A stretch of DNA of 64,000 nucleotides from Syntrophales bacterium (GCA_041946925.1 JBHGBI010000009.1:719-64718), one strand, 5' to 3'; positions 46,324-56,106 are shown, counted from the stretch's first letter. The notes: generated from the letters alone by a model not told the origin. A program made the numbers and translations.

Positions 46324-47253
46324 TTATTCAACGGGTTTTTCAATACTAACGATAATTCTACCTTTCTTGAATACCCGTACCGTTCCTGTTGATTCGGAAA
46401 CGACGACGGCGACGGCATCGGTTACAGCCGTAATCCCGGCAGCCGCCAGATGCCTGCTGCCCAGTCCCTTTGGAAAATCTTTGCTTTCCAGGGCCGCACT
46501 GATGTGGCTCCCCGCCGTCATCAAAACGCCGTTACTCTTGATTATAAAAGCGCCGTCCAGCGCGGAAAATTCTTTAATAGTATCTTTCAGCGCGGGATTG
46601 AGTATATTCTTCTCTTCTTCCTGGTATCCCGCAAAAGGATTGATAATGATCTGTCTCGAGTACTGAAGCACCCTTTCGTGATCTCCCAGAATAAATATGG
46701 TCCCGACGGAACGGCCTTCCCTCCCCTGCGAGCCCAGTTCAAGGGCAATATTGAGCACCGCTTCGAATACCTCCGGCTGGAGCCCTTCAAAAATGCTGGT
46801 AATATACTCTGAGGTCAGTATCTCGAACTCCCGGCCGACATCTATGATCATGATGCTGTCCACGTAGCCGAATTTTGGAATACCCGTGAGACAAACGACT
46901 TTATCCCCTTTTTTGAGAAGACCCATGGCAATTCCCTTGGTAATGGCTATCTTTATCTGCCCCACACGGGTCAATTTCAAATTGGGAATCTTGAGGATGG
47001 AACTGCTCTTCACCAGGTCTTCCGGGATTTCCTTATCCCCTCTCGTTACCAGGATCGTCTGGGCGGATGATTTCCCTTCATTCACTATGCCGGGGTTCTG
47101 GTCGACGTCGATCCAGTACATAACGGCTTTGGCCCCGATTTCGTCCCCTATTCTATATGCAAAATCCACAATCAACCGGCTCAGCATTGCCGTCATTTGC
47201 CCCCCAGGAGTTTTTGATCGTACCTTTTTTATTTTATCCGATCCCTCGCTCAT
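46324..47253 (-). CDS. Diadenylate cyclase (DisA_N domain with PK_C-like N-terminus, CdaZ/DacZ type)
   Basis: [20 protein letters not shown] (DGA), [13 protein letters not shown] (RHR-like), VVVSESTG. Confidence 0.88.
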   Translation of the reverse strand: MSEGSDKIKKVRSKTPGGQMTAMLSRLIVDFAYRIGDEIGAKAVMYWIDVDQNPGIVNEGKSSAQTILVTRGDKEIPEDLVKSSSILKIPNLKLTRVGQIKIAITKGIAMGLLKKGDKVVCLTGIPKFGYVDSIMIIDVGREFEILTSEYITSIFEGLQPEVFEAVLNIALELGSQGREGRSVGTIFILGDHERVLQYSRQIIINPFAGYQEEEKNILNPALKDTIKEFSALDGAFIIKSNGVLMTAGSHISAALESKDFPKGLGSRHLAAAGITAVTDAVAVVVSESTGTVRVFKKGRIIVSIEKPVE

Positions 47254-47259
47254 TGCCTT

Positions 47260-47288
47260 AAGTTAAGCACAAAGTCCGCTTCTGTCAA
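47260..47288 (-). promoter_or_regulatory. Sigma70-type promoter for the dac-clpB unit
   Basis: TTGACA-N17-TAACTT, ending 6 nt before ATG 47253. Confidence 0.6.
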
Positions 47289-47327
47289 GTAATGCAACCG
47301 CAGGGGATTATTTGTTTTTAAACCGCC

Positions 47328-47356
47328 TTGACGATTCCGGGAAAAGTCGCTAATAT
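47328..47356 (+). promoter_or_regulatory. Sigma70-type promoter for rpoH
   Basis: TTGACG-N17-TAATAT. Confidence 0.7.
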
Positions 47357-47387
47357 GTATTAAATTTGTGGATCACAGGAGAAAGAA

Positions 47388-48266
47388 ATGAAACACGACC
47401 AGCTCATCGCCACCAGCGCCCTGGATTTGTACATGGCGCAAATCAACTCATTCCCGATTCTATCCGCAGAGGAAGAATTCGAGCTGGCGGTCCGCTTTCA
47501 GAAATTCAATTCCATGGAAGCGGCCGAAAAGCTGGTAACCTCAAATCTCCGGTTCGTCGTCAAGATCGCCCACGAATACCGAAACTACGGGGTAAAGCTA
47601 ATTGATCTCATTCAGGAAGGTAACATCGGCCTCATGCATGCCGTCAAGAAGTTCAACCCCTACAAGGGATACCGGCTTATTTCCTATGCAGTCTGGTGGA
47701 TCAGGGCTTATATACAGAATTTTATCATAAAATCCTGGAGCCTTGTCAAGATCGGAACAACTCAGGCGCAGAGGAAGTTGTTTTTCAAACTCAACCAGAC
47801 CCGGAAAAAACTACAGAATCTCTCGTCCAGGAATCCCGAATTCGCCGAGATCGCCGAATCGCTTAATGTCAAGGAATCGGAGATAGAGGAAATGGATATC
47901 CGGATGAGCAACCGCGATCTCTCCCTGGATGCAAGCATTGATGATGAAGGGGAATCCGCTTATATCGATCAGTTGATGTATCAGGGGGAAAACCAGGAGG
48001 ATGCGCTGATCAAGAAAGAGGAAACCTCGCTCGTAAGAATGAATATAGCGGGGGCGCTTTCGAAGCTGAACGAGAGAGAGCGCTATATTGTCATCCACAG
48101 GATCATGGCCGACGAGCCGCAAACTCTTCAGGAGATCGGTGACCGCTTTAAAATCACCCGGGAGCGGGCAAGACAGATAGAAAAGGATGCGATCAAAAAA
48201 ATGCGGGAGGCCATCATCTACCTGGGGAAGGAACCGAAACTGCTGCCTGCGGCATCCTCTTCATAG
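47388..48266 (+). CDS. rpoH: RNA polymerase sigma-32 factor
   Basis: DLIQEGNIGLM, YAVWWIRAYI, RpoH box QRKLFFKL, TRERARQIE. Confidence 0.93.
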   Translation: MKHDQLIATSALDLYMAQINSFPILSAEEEFELAVRFQKFNSMEAAEKLVTSNLRFVVKIAHEYRNYGVKLIDLIQEGNIGLMHAVKKFNPYKGYRLISYAVWWIRAYIQNFIIKSWSLVKIGTTQAQRKLFFKLNQTRKKLQNLSSRNPEFAEIAESLNVKESEIEEMDIRMSNRDLSLDASIDDEGESAYIDQLMYQGENQEDALIKKEETSLVRMNIAGALSKLNERERYIVIHRIMADEPQTLQEIGDRFKITRERARQIEKDAIKKMREAIIYLGKEPKLLPAASSS

Positions 48267-48347
48267 TACACCCGAAAAAAATAAGATATTCTCTTCTGGA
48301 AAGCAATCAACACCCCGATTTCGTCATGACCTGATTTTCTCGGATTC

Positions 48348-49703
48348 CTATCTTCGCTCGGACTGCACCGCGAGATTATCGAACCGGGTGAATTTTTCCT
48401 GAAAGACAACCTTCACGGTTCCAACCGGACCGTTTCTTTGCTTGCCGATTATGATCTCCGCGAATCCCCTTTCCGGATTATCTTCCGACTTGTTATAAAC
48501 CTCATCCCGATATAGAAAGAGGATCACGTCCGCGTCCTGCTCGATCGCACCCGATTCCCTCAAATCGGCCATTTGAGGACGCCGATTTGTCCGGTCCTCC
48601 ACTTTCCGGTTGAGCTGAGAAAGGGCTACGACAGGGATATTCAATTCTTTCGCCAGGGCCTTCAAGGATCGACTGATTTCGGAGATTTCCTGCTCTCTGT
48701 TATCTCTTGGATCCGTCCCCCGCATTAACTGCAAGTAATCGAGAATTATGAGCCCCAATCCGCTTTCGGCTTTCAGCCTCCTCGCTTTGGCTTTCATTTC
48801 AAGGACGGTGATGGCCGGTGTGTCATCGATGAAAATCATGGTCTCGGAGAGGCTTCCTGCGGCTGTCGTCAGTTTCGGCCAGTCTGTTTCTCCCAGAAAG
48901 CCCTTGCGGATCCTCTGGGAATCCACCCTCGCCTCCGATGAAAGCATACGCAGGGCAATCTGTTCTTTCGCCATTTCAAGAGAAAAGATGGCCACCGGTA
49001 TCCCTTCCTGGATGGCGGCATGCTGAGCTATGTTGAGGGCGAACGCCGTCTTTCCCATGCTCGGCCTGCCTGCAATGACAATCAGATCGGAATTCTGGAG
49101 GCCGGAAGTGTATTCATCGAGTTTTTCGAAACCGGTGGGTACGCCGGTGATCAGGTCTTTTTTCTCGTAGAGCCTCTCGATAGTCTTGAAGCTCTCCTTT
49201 ATGATCTCCCGCATGGTGAAGAAAGAGGGCTTGATCTTATTCTGGGATATATCGAAAATGGCTTGCTCAGCCTCATCCAGAACATTGTCGATATCAGCTC
49301 CGGCGCTGTAACTCTTGTTCAATATTTCCGTCGCCGTTCCGATCAGACTGCGCAATATGGATTTCTGTTTGACGATTCTGGAATAAAAGGCGATGTTGGC
49401 GGCGGACGGCACTGCGTCGACAAGGGAAGCCAGGTAGGCCACGCCTCCCACCGCGTCGAGATGATTACGGCTCTTCAGGATATCACTGAGGGTTATAAGA
49501 TCACTCGGCTCGTTTCTTTCCGAAAGCTCCAGGATTGCCGAAAAGATTTTACGGTGCGCCTCGCTGTAGAAATCATTCACGGAGAGGATTTCCAGGACGT
49601 TATTGATGGCGCGATTATCAAGCAGAATGCCGCCCAGCACTGATTGCTCTGCTTCGAGATTCTGCGGCGGCAACTTCAACAGGGAGGGATCGATATCTTT
49701 CAC
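48348..49703 (-). CDS. dnaB: Replicative DNA helicase
   Basis: AGRPSMGKT, DYLQLM, LSQLNR, DLRESGAIEQDAD, KQRNGP; no intein. Confidence 0.98.
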   Translation of the reverse strand: MKDIDPSLLKLPPQNLEAEQSVLGGILLDNRAINNVLEILSVNDFYSEAHRKIFSAILELSERNEPSDLITLSDILKSRNHLDAVGGVAYLASLVDAVPSAANIAFYSRIVKQKSILRSLIGTATEILNKSYSAGADIDNVLDEAEQAIFDISQNKIKPSFFTMREIIKESFKTIERLYEKKDLITGVPTGFEKLDEYTSGLQNSDLIVIAGRPSMGKTAFALNIAQHAAIQEGIPVAIFSLEMAKEQIALRMLSSEARVDSQRIRKGFLGETDWPKLTTAAGSLSETMIFIDDTPAITVLEMKAKARRLKAESGLGLIILDYLQLMRGTDPRDNREQEISEISRSLKALAKELNIPVVALSQLNRKVEDRTNRRPQMADLRESGAIEQDADVILFLYRDEVYNKSEDNPERGFAEIIIGKQRNGPVGTVKVVFQEKFTRFDNLAVQSERR

Positions 49704-49771
49704 TGGGGAAAAACCTGCACTTACTGAAAGAGTTCCCGTGATCTTTCAGGCGAAAACTCACGTGGAAACGT

Positions 49772-50218
49772 CTACTGCTCTTCAGCCACTCTGACAACAA
49801 GACTGGCCGTGATCCCGGGATATAATTTCACTCTGACGGGAAACTCCCCTATACTTTTTATGGGCTCGTCAAGAATAATATTTTTTCTGCTGATTTCCAC
49901 GCCCATCTCCTGCATGGCCTTTTCTATATCCTTCGCCGAAACGGAACCGAAAAGCTTATTCTGTTCCCCAATCTTCCGATATATTGTACAGGTGATGTTC
50001 GCGAATTTCTCCAGCATCGATTCGGCGTTCTTTTTTTCCTTTTCGGCCCGCTTCGCGATAACCTGCTTTTCATGCTCAAGAGCGCGGATGTTCTTGCTGC
50101 TTGCGGGGACGGCCAGATCCCTGGGTATCAAATAATTTCTTGCGTAGCCGTCCGATACTTTAATGACGTCCCCCATCTTGCCGAGGGCTTCGATGTTTTG
50201 TTTCAGGATAACTTCCAT
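49772..50218 (-). CDS. rplI: 50S ribosomal protein L9
   Basis: MEVIL..LGKMGDVIKVSDGYARNYLIP, KLFGSV. Confidence 0.97.
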   Translation of the reverse strand: MEVILKQNIEALGKMGDVIKVSDGYARNYLIPRDLAVPASSKNIRALEHEKQVIAKRAEKEKKNAESMLEKFANITCTIYRKIGEQNKLFGSVSAKDIEKAMQEMGVEISRKNIILDEPIKSIGEFPVRVKLYPGITASLVVRVAEEQ

Positions 50219-50267
50219 ACACATGGCCTCCAGTTAATATGCTGAAAAAAGCAGAGGGTTGCTTTCT

Positions 50268-51278
50268 TCAATGGGGCTCTCTTCCCTGCACGGGCAGCTT
50301 GACCCCCCTGTTCAATTTTCTGAAATCTATCCAGATATCGAAAAAACCCAGACAGATGACGAGCAGAGCCAGAATATGCTGGGCGAAAATCAAAAAATAG
50401 AACATGCCCCTCAATAAGACGGGAACCCCCTTCTTCTTGAAAAAGAAGTTAATGATCGAAAGCCCCTGGAACAGGTAAATAAACAGAAAAACAATCAGCA
50501 TATTCAATCCCGATATCTTGAAACGATCTATCGGGACTAGGATCATCGCTCCGGCAGCGATGACAAACCATACGAACTTATCAGGTATCTTCCACGACGT
50601 CAGGTCTCCGAAATCCGAGAAGGGCAGCTTGCGGAATTCAAACAGGATCTTCGCCGCCATCACGTTCAGCCACGCAAGGAATATCATGGAAACGATCATA
50701 AGAGCAGGAAAAACATGATAAATGAACTTCGAGATCTGCCCCGCGTTATTCTTGATCAGGCTGACCTGCTCCTGGGAAACACCTGCCTGGGAATACGCCT
50801 GGATGAGCCCGTTGACCCCCCCCGATACATACTTCTCTATCAAGGTCCATGGATCCTCGTTCATCCTCAGGCTGTAAGAAGAAAGAAATGCCAGCGCTAT
50901 CAGCGTGAGGACCACAATAGAAAGTAAGATGATCTTGTCGATCGCGTACTTCTTCCTGAACATTTCGGAAAGAACGATCCCGAAAGAGCCCCATACGATC
51001 AGAAAAGCGATATTGAATCCCGAACCGATCACTGCCATGAACGAGATGACCACCAGGAGCGCGAGCGCAAAGACGACCAGGCCCTGCATTCTGCCGGACT
51101 TTGAATAATAAATGACTGGCAGCGGAGCAAACATACCGATCACAAAACCCAGATCAGGGATCAGGGAAGCGGCAAGGAATACGGCAGACGAGACGACGAC
51201 CCCGGCGGCCAATTCCTTATAGAGATGCGGATCTCGATCCTCTCCCCGTATCCAATCACGCAAATCGTCAATCAGCAT
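50268..51278 (-). CDS. DUF2232 (YybS) membrane protein
   Basis: Polytopic, FQGLSII, LGFFDIWIDFRK; conserved position between rpsR and rplI. Confidence 0.88.
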   Translation of the reverse strand: MLIDDLRDWIRGEDRDPHLYKELAAGVVVSSAVFLAASLIPDLGFVIGMFAPLPVIYYSKSGRMQGLVVFALALLVVISFMAVIGSGFNIAFLIVWGSFGIVLSEMFRKKYAIDKIILLSIVVLTLIALAFLSSYSLRMNEDPWTLIEKYVSGGVNGLIQAYSQAGVSQEQVSLIKNNAGQISKFIYHVFPALMIVSMIFLAWLNVMAAKILFEFRKLPFSDFGDLTSWKIPDKFVWFVIAAGAMILVPIDRFKISGLNMLIVFLFIYLFQGLSIINFFFKKKGVPVLLRGMFYFLIFAQHILALLVICLGFFDIWIDFRKLNRGVKLPVQGREPH

Positions 51279-51285
51279 CCTACCA

Positions 51286-51543
51286 TCAACTTTCGGTCAC
51301 TACAAAAGGCAGCAGCGCGATAGCTCTTGCCCGCTTGATCGCAACAGTCAATTCACGCTGGTGATTGGCACAGTTTCCCGTGATTCTCCTGGGAATTATC
51401 TTTCCCTTCTCGGAGACAAAATATCTCAAAGAACCCGGATCCTTATACTCAATCTTCATATTGGAATCCGTACAGAATCTACAGACTTTCCTGCGGTGAA
51501 AAACTCTTCTTTCTTGTCTTGAATCCGTTCTGGTCGCCGCCAT
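51286..51543 (-). CDS. rpsR: 30S ribosomal protein S18 (Zn-binding C+ type)
   Basis: [37 protein letters not shown]. Confidence 0.98.
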   Translation of the reverse strand: MAATRTDSRQERRVFHRRKVCRFCTDSNMKIEYKDPGSLRYFVSEKGKIIPRRITGNCANHQRELTVAIKRARAIALLPFVVTES

Positions 51544-51544
51544 C

Positions 51545-52048
51545 TTACATTTCCCTCGCTTTTTCTTCTTCAGTCTTTTTTCCTTCCTCTGAAGACTTTC
51601 TTCGAGTCACTCTCTTTTTCGCCGGCTCCTGCTTTTCGGCTGCACCTTCTGCAACCTCCTCCTTCTGCTGCCGGGCGGGCTCGGGCTTGCCCTCTTCCGT
51701 TTTCTCCTCCTTCTCTTCTCTGACTCCCGCCATTTCCTTTTCAAGCTCTTTCATATCCACATGATCTGATTTCTTGATCGTCAGGAATCTCAGGATTTTA
51801 TCATCGAATTTGAATATCCTCTCCAGTTCGTTGACAACGACGGCATCACCCGCAAAATCCAGGAGAACATAAAATCCCTTTAACTGCTTTTTAATTCGAT
51901 AGGCGAGCTTTCTCGTGCCCCATTTTTCGGCCTTGATCGGAATACCTTTTTGATCCACGATAACGGCCTTGTAACGTTCGATCAGGGCATCGATTTCATC
52001 TTTGGGTAAATCGGACAGGGCTATAAATACAACTTCGTATCTTTTCAA
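51545..52048 (-). CDS. rpsF: 30S ribosomal protein S6 with long charged C-terminal tail
   Basis: TTG start with AGGAGG RBS; [29 protein letters not shown]. Confidence 0.95.
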   Translation of the reverse strand: MKRYEVVFIALSDLPKDEIDALIERYKAVIVDQKGIPIKAEKWGTRKLAYRIKKQLKGFYVLLDFAGDAVVVNELERIFKFDDKILRFLTIKKSDHVDMKELEKEMAGVREEKEEKTEEGKPEPARQQKEEVAEGAAEKQEPAKKRVTRRKSSEEGKKTEEEKAREM

Positions 52049-52054
52049 GTCAAA

Positions 52055-52100
52055 CCTCCTCTCGGCTCTAAATCCCAGACATTTCGCCTGGATAAGGAGT
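52055..52100 (-). ncRNA. S6:S18-responsive rpsF mRNA leader
   Basis: CUCCU/AGGAG outer stem sequestering the SD, inner ATCCAG/CTGGGAT stem, unpaired CCG just 5' of the SD, as in the known S6S18CBM motif. Confidence 0.7.
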
Positions 52101-52120
52101 CCTTTTATTTGAAAGAGCAT

Positions 52121-52149
52121 TTTATATACCATGCGGAAACGGAAATCAA
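52121..52149 (-). promoter_or_regulatory. Sigma70 promoter of the rpsF operon; -35 lies within an 9-2-9 palindrome (52140-52159)
   Basis: TTGATT-N17-TATAAA; CGGAAATCA-AG-TGATTTCCG. Confidence 0.6.
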
Positions 52150-52228
52150 GTGATTTCCGGTTTCGATGAAGGCATGGGTTCATGGCGAGCCCTTCGACAG
52201 GCGACAAAGTGTAACCCCCTTTAGCCTT

Positions 52229-53749
52229 TTACATCATAAATCCCCCCTCGCCTCCTTTGTCCTGGTAGAACACTCTGTCCTTCCCCTGTGATTTGGCAAT
52301 ATACATACTTTCATCCGCCCTCCTCAGAAAAGACACCAGATCCTCCTTGGGGCAATAGGAGGCAACACCGATGCTGACAGTCAAATGCGTTTTTTCATCC
52401 ATCAGGGGGGAGAAATTTTCCATTTTGAAGCCCTCCCTGATCCGCTCCGCGACATGGACGGCCTCTTCGCTCTCTGTTTCCGGCAGAATAATGGTAAACT
52501 CCTCACCACCGTACCGATAAGCGGAATCCACCTGCCGGATGTATCTGGTTATGACTTCTGCCGCCCGCTTGAGGACCTTGTCCCCTTCATAGTGCCCGTA
52601 TTGGTCATTCAGCGCCTTGAAGTTATCGATATCGAGCATCAGCAGGGAAAGGGGACAATGATACCGGTTTACTCTCTCGATCTCCATCCTCAGCCGATCG
52701 TAGAAATGCCTCAGATTATGAAGCCCGGTCAAGGCGTCCGTGATGCTCAACTCCATGTACCTTTTTTCACTCTCTTCCAGTTTCTTTTCCGCGATTTTCC
52801 GTTCGGTGATATCTCTTACGTAACCGACGATCCCGATGATTTCGCCCTGAGGATTGCGCCACGGCTCGTAAAAGGCGTCGAAATAGCGCTCGCTGCCCTG
52901 GATGCCGAAGTGTGTTTCCACCCGGGCGCGCTCCCCGGTTTGAATGACCTTTCGTTTGATTTGCGCCAGCCGGTCCGCTTCCTGCGGCGGGAAGAAATCG
53001 AAATCCGTCCTGCCCAGAATCTCTTTCCGGCCTCCGGGCATCTGAATATCCGTAAACCAAACATATCTCAGGTCCCGGTCCTGCTGAAAGAACTGATCAG
53101 GGGAGTTTTCGAAGACAAGACGCAGGCGGTTTTCGCTTTCGCGCAGCGCGTCCTCGGCCTTTTTACGATCCGTTATGTCGCGTGCAATCGACAGGGCGGA
53201 TTCAACGGAGCCGTCACTGGCGAATTCGGGAACGATCCGGACATGGTAGTATTTCCTCACACGAAAGACGGGGTACTCGAATTCGGTCGTTTCCTGCCGG
53301 CCCGTTTCAAATACTCTCTCAAGAAACTCCCGCCAGTAGCGGAGCACCCCCGTCGGCCATTTGATCTCATCGAGCTTCTTGCCGATGAATGTCTCGCCGG
53401 AGATCCCGCTTTCCCGTATCAGGGCCGGATTGATATACAAAAACCGCATCTGACGGTCGATCCTGGCGATAAGGTCAGGAGTGTTCTCGGCAAGAGTTCT
53501 GAATTCTTTTTCACGACACACACCCGCAAAGGCGCATTCCTTTATGGAGATACGTTCCTTTTCCAGCAATCGCCTGACCTCGCCAGAGAGACTCTCCGTA
53601 AACATCCTGATTTCATTGATCAGGATGGAGAGCTCCGATATCGACTGTTCAACCGCGGCGGCATGTCCCGGGCTTGCGCCGCTGCATTGCAGTAATTCTT
53701 TCAGACGCTGAAAGACGGCTTCGACTTTGTCAAAAACGCTGCGGTTCAT
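52229..53749 (-). CDS. PAS-PAS-GGDEF diguanylate cyclase
   Basis: Two PAS domains, DALTGLHN, LDIDNFKALND..GH..GD, I-site RQVD, GGEEF. Confidence 0.95.
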   Translation of the reverse strand: MNRSVFDKVEAVFQRLKELLQCSGASPGHAAAVEQSISELSILINEIRMFTESLSGEVRRLLEKERISIKECAFAGVCREKEFRTLAENTPDLIARIDRQMRFLYINPALIRESGISGETFIGKKLDEIKWPTGVLRYWREFLERVFETGRQETTEFEYPVFRVRKYYHVRIVPEFASDGSVESALSIARDITDRKKAEDALRESENRLRLVFENSPDQFFQQDRDLRYVWFTDIQMPGGRKEILGRTDFDFFPPQEADRLAQIKRKVIQTGERARVETHFGIQGSERYFDAFYEPWRNPQGEIIGIVGYVRDITERKIAEKKLEESEKRYMELSITDALTGLHNLRHFYDRLRMEIERVNRYHCPLSLLMLDIDNFKALNDQYGHYEGDKVLKRAAEVITRYIRQVDSAYRYGGEEFTIILPETESEEAVHVAERIREGFKMENFSPLMDEKTHLTVSIGVASYCPKEDLVSFLRRADESMYIAKSQGKDRVFYQDKGGEGGFMM

Positions 53750-53942
53750 TTAGCCTCTCTGTAAAGGCTATTCGTGTCAGGCGAAGAGCCAGGAGCGAAA
53801 AACAAAGAGTCATATTTTTTAGTTTCGCCGCATGGAGAGTAGATGTCCATGCATGAATTCCTCATTTACGGGCGTCCATTCAGCTTAGGAAGGGATCGGG
53901 AAAAGTATGAGACCGAAAGGGAATCAGGAGATTTGTGAAAGA

Positions 53943-54863
53943 TTAGGGTATTCTTCTTCGATCCAGTTTATAGCAGCTTTCCCTGAATTTCTTCGCGAAT
54001 TTTTTCATTTCCGAAGCTGCTTCCGTCAATTCGCCGTAGTGGTTGTAATTTTTCGCGGCCGTATCCGTCACTCCGATGGAGAGTGTCATGAAGGGGAAGA
54101 TCCTCGACGTCCCCTGCCGGTCGTTGGATTCAATATATCCTTTCATCCGGTCCTCGCCGTCATAGAGAGTGGGAATAATCCTGTCGAAAGCCCCGATGAT
54201 TTCCCTGCATGTATCTTCCACCAGATCCACGTCCATGATGAACACGAAATCATCCCCGCCGATATGCCCGATGAAGCTCTTTTGCGGCTGCTTGCTCTTC
54301 ACTATATTCATGATGAGACGCCCGGTGATTTTGATGACATCATCCCCCCGGCTGAAACCATACTTGTCATTGTACGGCTTGAAATAATCGATGTCGGCAT
54401 ACGCGAAAGCGAAGACATCCCCCCGTTCCAGGCGATCCTGAATCTGCCTGAAGATAGAGATATTGCCGGGGAGCCTGGTCAGGGGATTTACCTCAACGTT
54501 TCTTTCCGATCTGAGGATGGCCAGATTGACCCGCGGCAGGATCTCTTTTTCGAGATCCTTCTTCCAGACATAATCCTCGATCAAGAGAGACTCCAGGTCC
54601 GCCGCCGTGAAGCCGTCGGGGATCAAGGCCAGTACCGGCAGCCTGCTGAACATGGGTTCTTCTTTCAGGTACTCCAAAATACTGATCGTACCCGGATCGT
54701 TTTGCGCGATATCCAGAATAATCAAATTCGGAAGGGAGTTGTAGATATAATCCAGGGCCGATTGTAAATTGCTGAAAATGGCGGTCTTGTACGCTCCCTT
54801 CAAAATCCGGTCCGAGATGTCGGACAGAACGATATCGCCGGAAACGAGGATTACCGTTTTCAT
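53943..54863 (-). CDS. REC-like plus GGDEF (GGDDF) diguanylate cyclase
   Basis: PNLIILD receiver-like segment, NPLTRLPGN, DIDYFKPYNDKYGF..GD, GHIGGDDF. Confidence 0.9.
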   Translation of the reverse strand: MKTVILVSGDIVLSDISDRILKGAYKTAIFSNLQSALDYIYNSLPNLIILDIAQNDPGTISILEYLKEEPMFSRLPVLALIPDGFTAADLESLLIEDYVWKKDLEKEILPRVNLAILRSERNVEVNPLTRLPGNISIFRQIQDRLERGDVFAFAYADIDYFKPYNDKYGFSRGDDVIKITGRLIMNIVKSKQPQKSFIGHIGGDDFVFIMDVDLVEDTCREIIGAFDRIIPTLYDGEDRMKGYIESNDRQGTSRIFPFMTLSIGVTDTAAKNYNHYGELTEAASEMKKFAKKFRESCYKLDRRRIP

Positions 54864-55693
54864 GTGTCCAGCCAGGGCTCCTCCGAGGATTCGATGGAAT
54901 CTTCCAGCCCCCTCAGGATTTCTTTGATATCGTCTTGCGAAAACCTTAGAAGTTCGAATGCCGCAGGATCCACGGCCGCAACGGTATCATCGCCCGCAAA
55001 TCCAAGCCCCCGCGCATGCACGAGAACATCGGAAAAATGGACAATCGCGGTCTCCAGGGACGCGCTCTTCGACAGATTCGGGCAATGGTGATATTCGATC
55101 ATGTCGACCAGGCCGCGCGGAAACCGCCATTTCTGCGCCAACCATGCCCCTACCGCTGCATGCGCTTCAGGGAAAGCCGTCTTTTCCGCCTCGACGATCG
55201 GGATTCCCCTGGTCTGCGCGGTATTCATGGCGCTCTCGTATTCCGCAGGAAATTCCAGGGCCAGAATGACTTTTCCGATATCATGAAGAAGCGCCCCTAC
55301 CGATACCTCTTCGGGCTCCTTGAGCCCCTTCTTCTGAGCGATCAATCTCGCCGTCACCGCACAGCCGAGAGAATGCTCGCGCAGGCCGAGCATCGCTTTC
55401 TGCATGACCTCAAAAACCGATATCCCGAGCAGCAATCCCTTGACGACGTTCAATCCCAGGAGCATGATGGCGTGGGTGACCGACGAAATCCTCCCTGGAA
55501 AGCCGTAAACAGCCGAGTTCACCATTTTCAGGACCTTGGTCGTCAAAGAGGGATCATTGGAAACGAAATGGGATATTTCGCTGAGAGATACTTTGGGGTT
55601 TTCGATGATTGCGGACAGATGCTTCAGAACGCCCGGTATAGTAGGAAGCGTGTTGATATTTTCAACCCTGCTGCGGAGAACCTGCACATCCAT
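54860..55693 (-). CDS. HDOD domain protein
   Basis: LPTIP, DPSLTTKVLKMVNSAVYG, HSLGCA, ALLHDIGK, HHCP. Confidence 0.93.
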   Translation of the reverse strand: MDVQVLRSRVENINTLPTIPGVLKHLSAIIENPKVSLSEISHFVSNDPSLTTKVLKMVNSAVYGFPGRISSVTHAIMLLGLNVVKGLLLGISVFEVMQKAMLGLREHSLGCAVTARLIAQKKGLKEPEEVSVGALLHDIGKVILALEFPAEYESAMNTAQTRGIPIVEAEKTAFPEAHAAVGAWLAQKWRFPRGLVDMIEYHHCPNLSKSASLETAIVHFSDVLVHARGLGFAGDDTVAAVDPAAFELLRFSQDDIKEILRGLEDSIESSEEPWLDT

Positions 55694-55695
55694 TC

Positions 55696-55992
55696 TTATC
55701 GGTACATCTCCTCTATATGCTCCTGGACGCTTCTCTTTATCAAGCCCATGTAAGGTTTATTTTCAACATTCCTGAATCGCCTGTCCAGCTGCTCCAGCAT
55801 CTCCTCTTTCGGAACAGCCGGCTCGACCGGCGCGTCAACATGAATGCTTTCGATTTCCATATCCTGTATACGTCTGATCCATGTCTCCGAAAGCTCCGTC
55901 CCTTCCGCGAGCAGCGTCATGCCGCTCTTATTCAGAACCGGTTTCAAGAGCCTCATCCCCGGCTCCAGCTTATCAACGGATATTCTGGCCAT
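55696..55992 (-). CDS. Small protein resembling the N-terminal beta module of HD-GYP proteins
   Basis: ISVDKLEPGMRLLKPVLNKSGMTLLAEGTEL; GAGGGAG RBS; ORF-track start runs into the tRNA so start re-called. Confidence 0.8.
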   Translation of the reverse strand: MARISVDKLEPGMRLLKPVLNKSGMTLLAEGTELSETWIRRIQDMEIESIHVDAPVEPAVPKEEMLEQLDRRFRNVENKPYMGLIKRSVQEHIEEMYR

Positions 55993-56030
55993 AATCACTC
56001 CCTCAGGGCCTTTCGCCCCTGGCCTTGTCA

Positions 56031-56106
56031 TGGAGGGCGATGAGAGATTCGAACTCTCGACCACTGGTTCCGGAGACCAGTGCTCTATCCCCTGAGCTAA
56101 TCGCCC
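56031..56106 (-). tRNA. tRNA-Arg(CCG) with encoded CCA
   Basis: GGGCGAT/ATCGCCC acceptor, CTGGT-CTCCGGA-ACCAG anticodon arm, GAGAG-TTCGAAT-CTCTC T-arm. Confidence 0.96.

Noticed and set aside
46320-46420. Sigma32 promoter or CIRCE element for clpB
   Set aside because: TTGAAA is present but no CCCCAT at the correct spacing; no TTAGCACTC-N9-GAGTGCTAA
48348-49703. Intein in DnaB
   Set aside because: The length (451 aa) and contiguous motifs leave no room for an insertion
40557-56106. tRNA-Gln or tRNA-Arg as integration sites for the tra cluster
   Set aside because: No duplicated tRNA 3' end seen, no integrase, and conserved housekeeping genes lie between the tRNAs and the cluster
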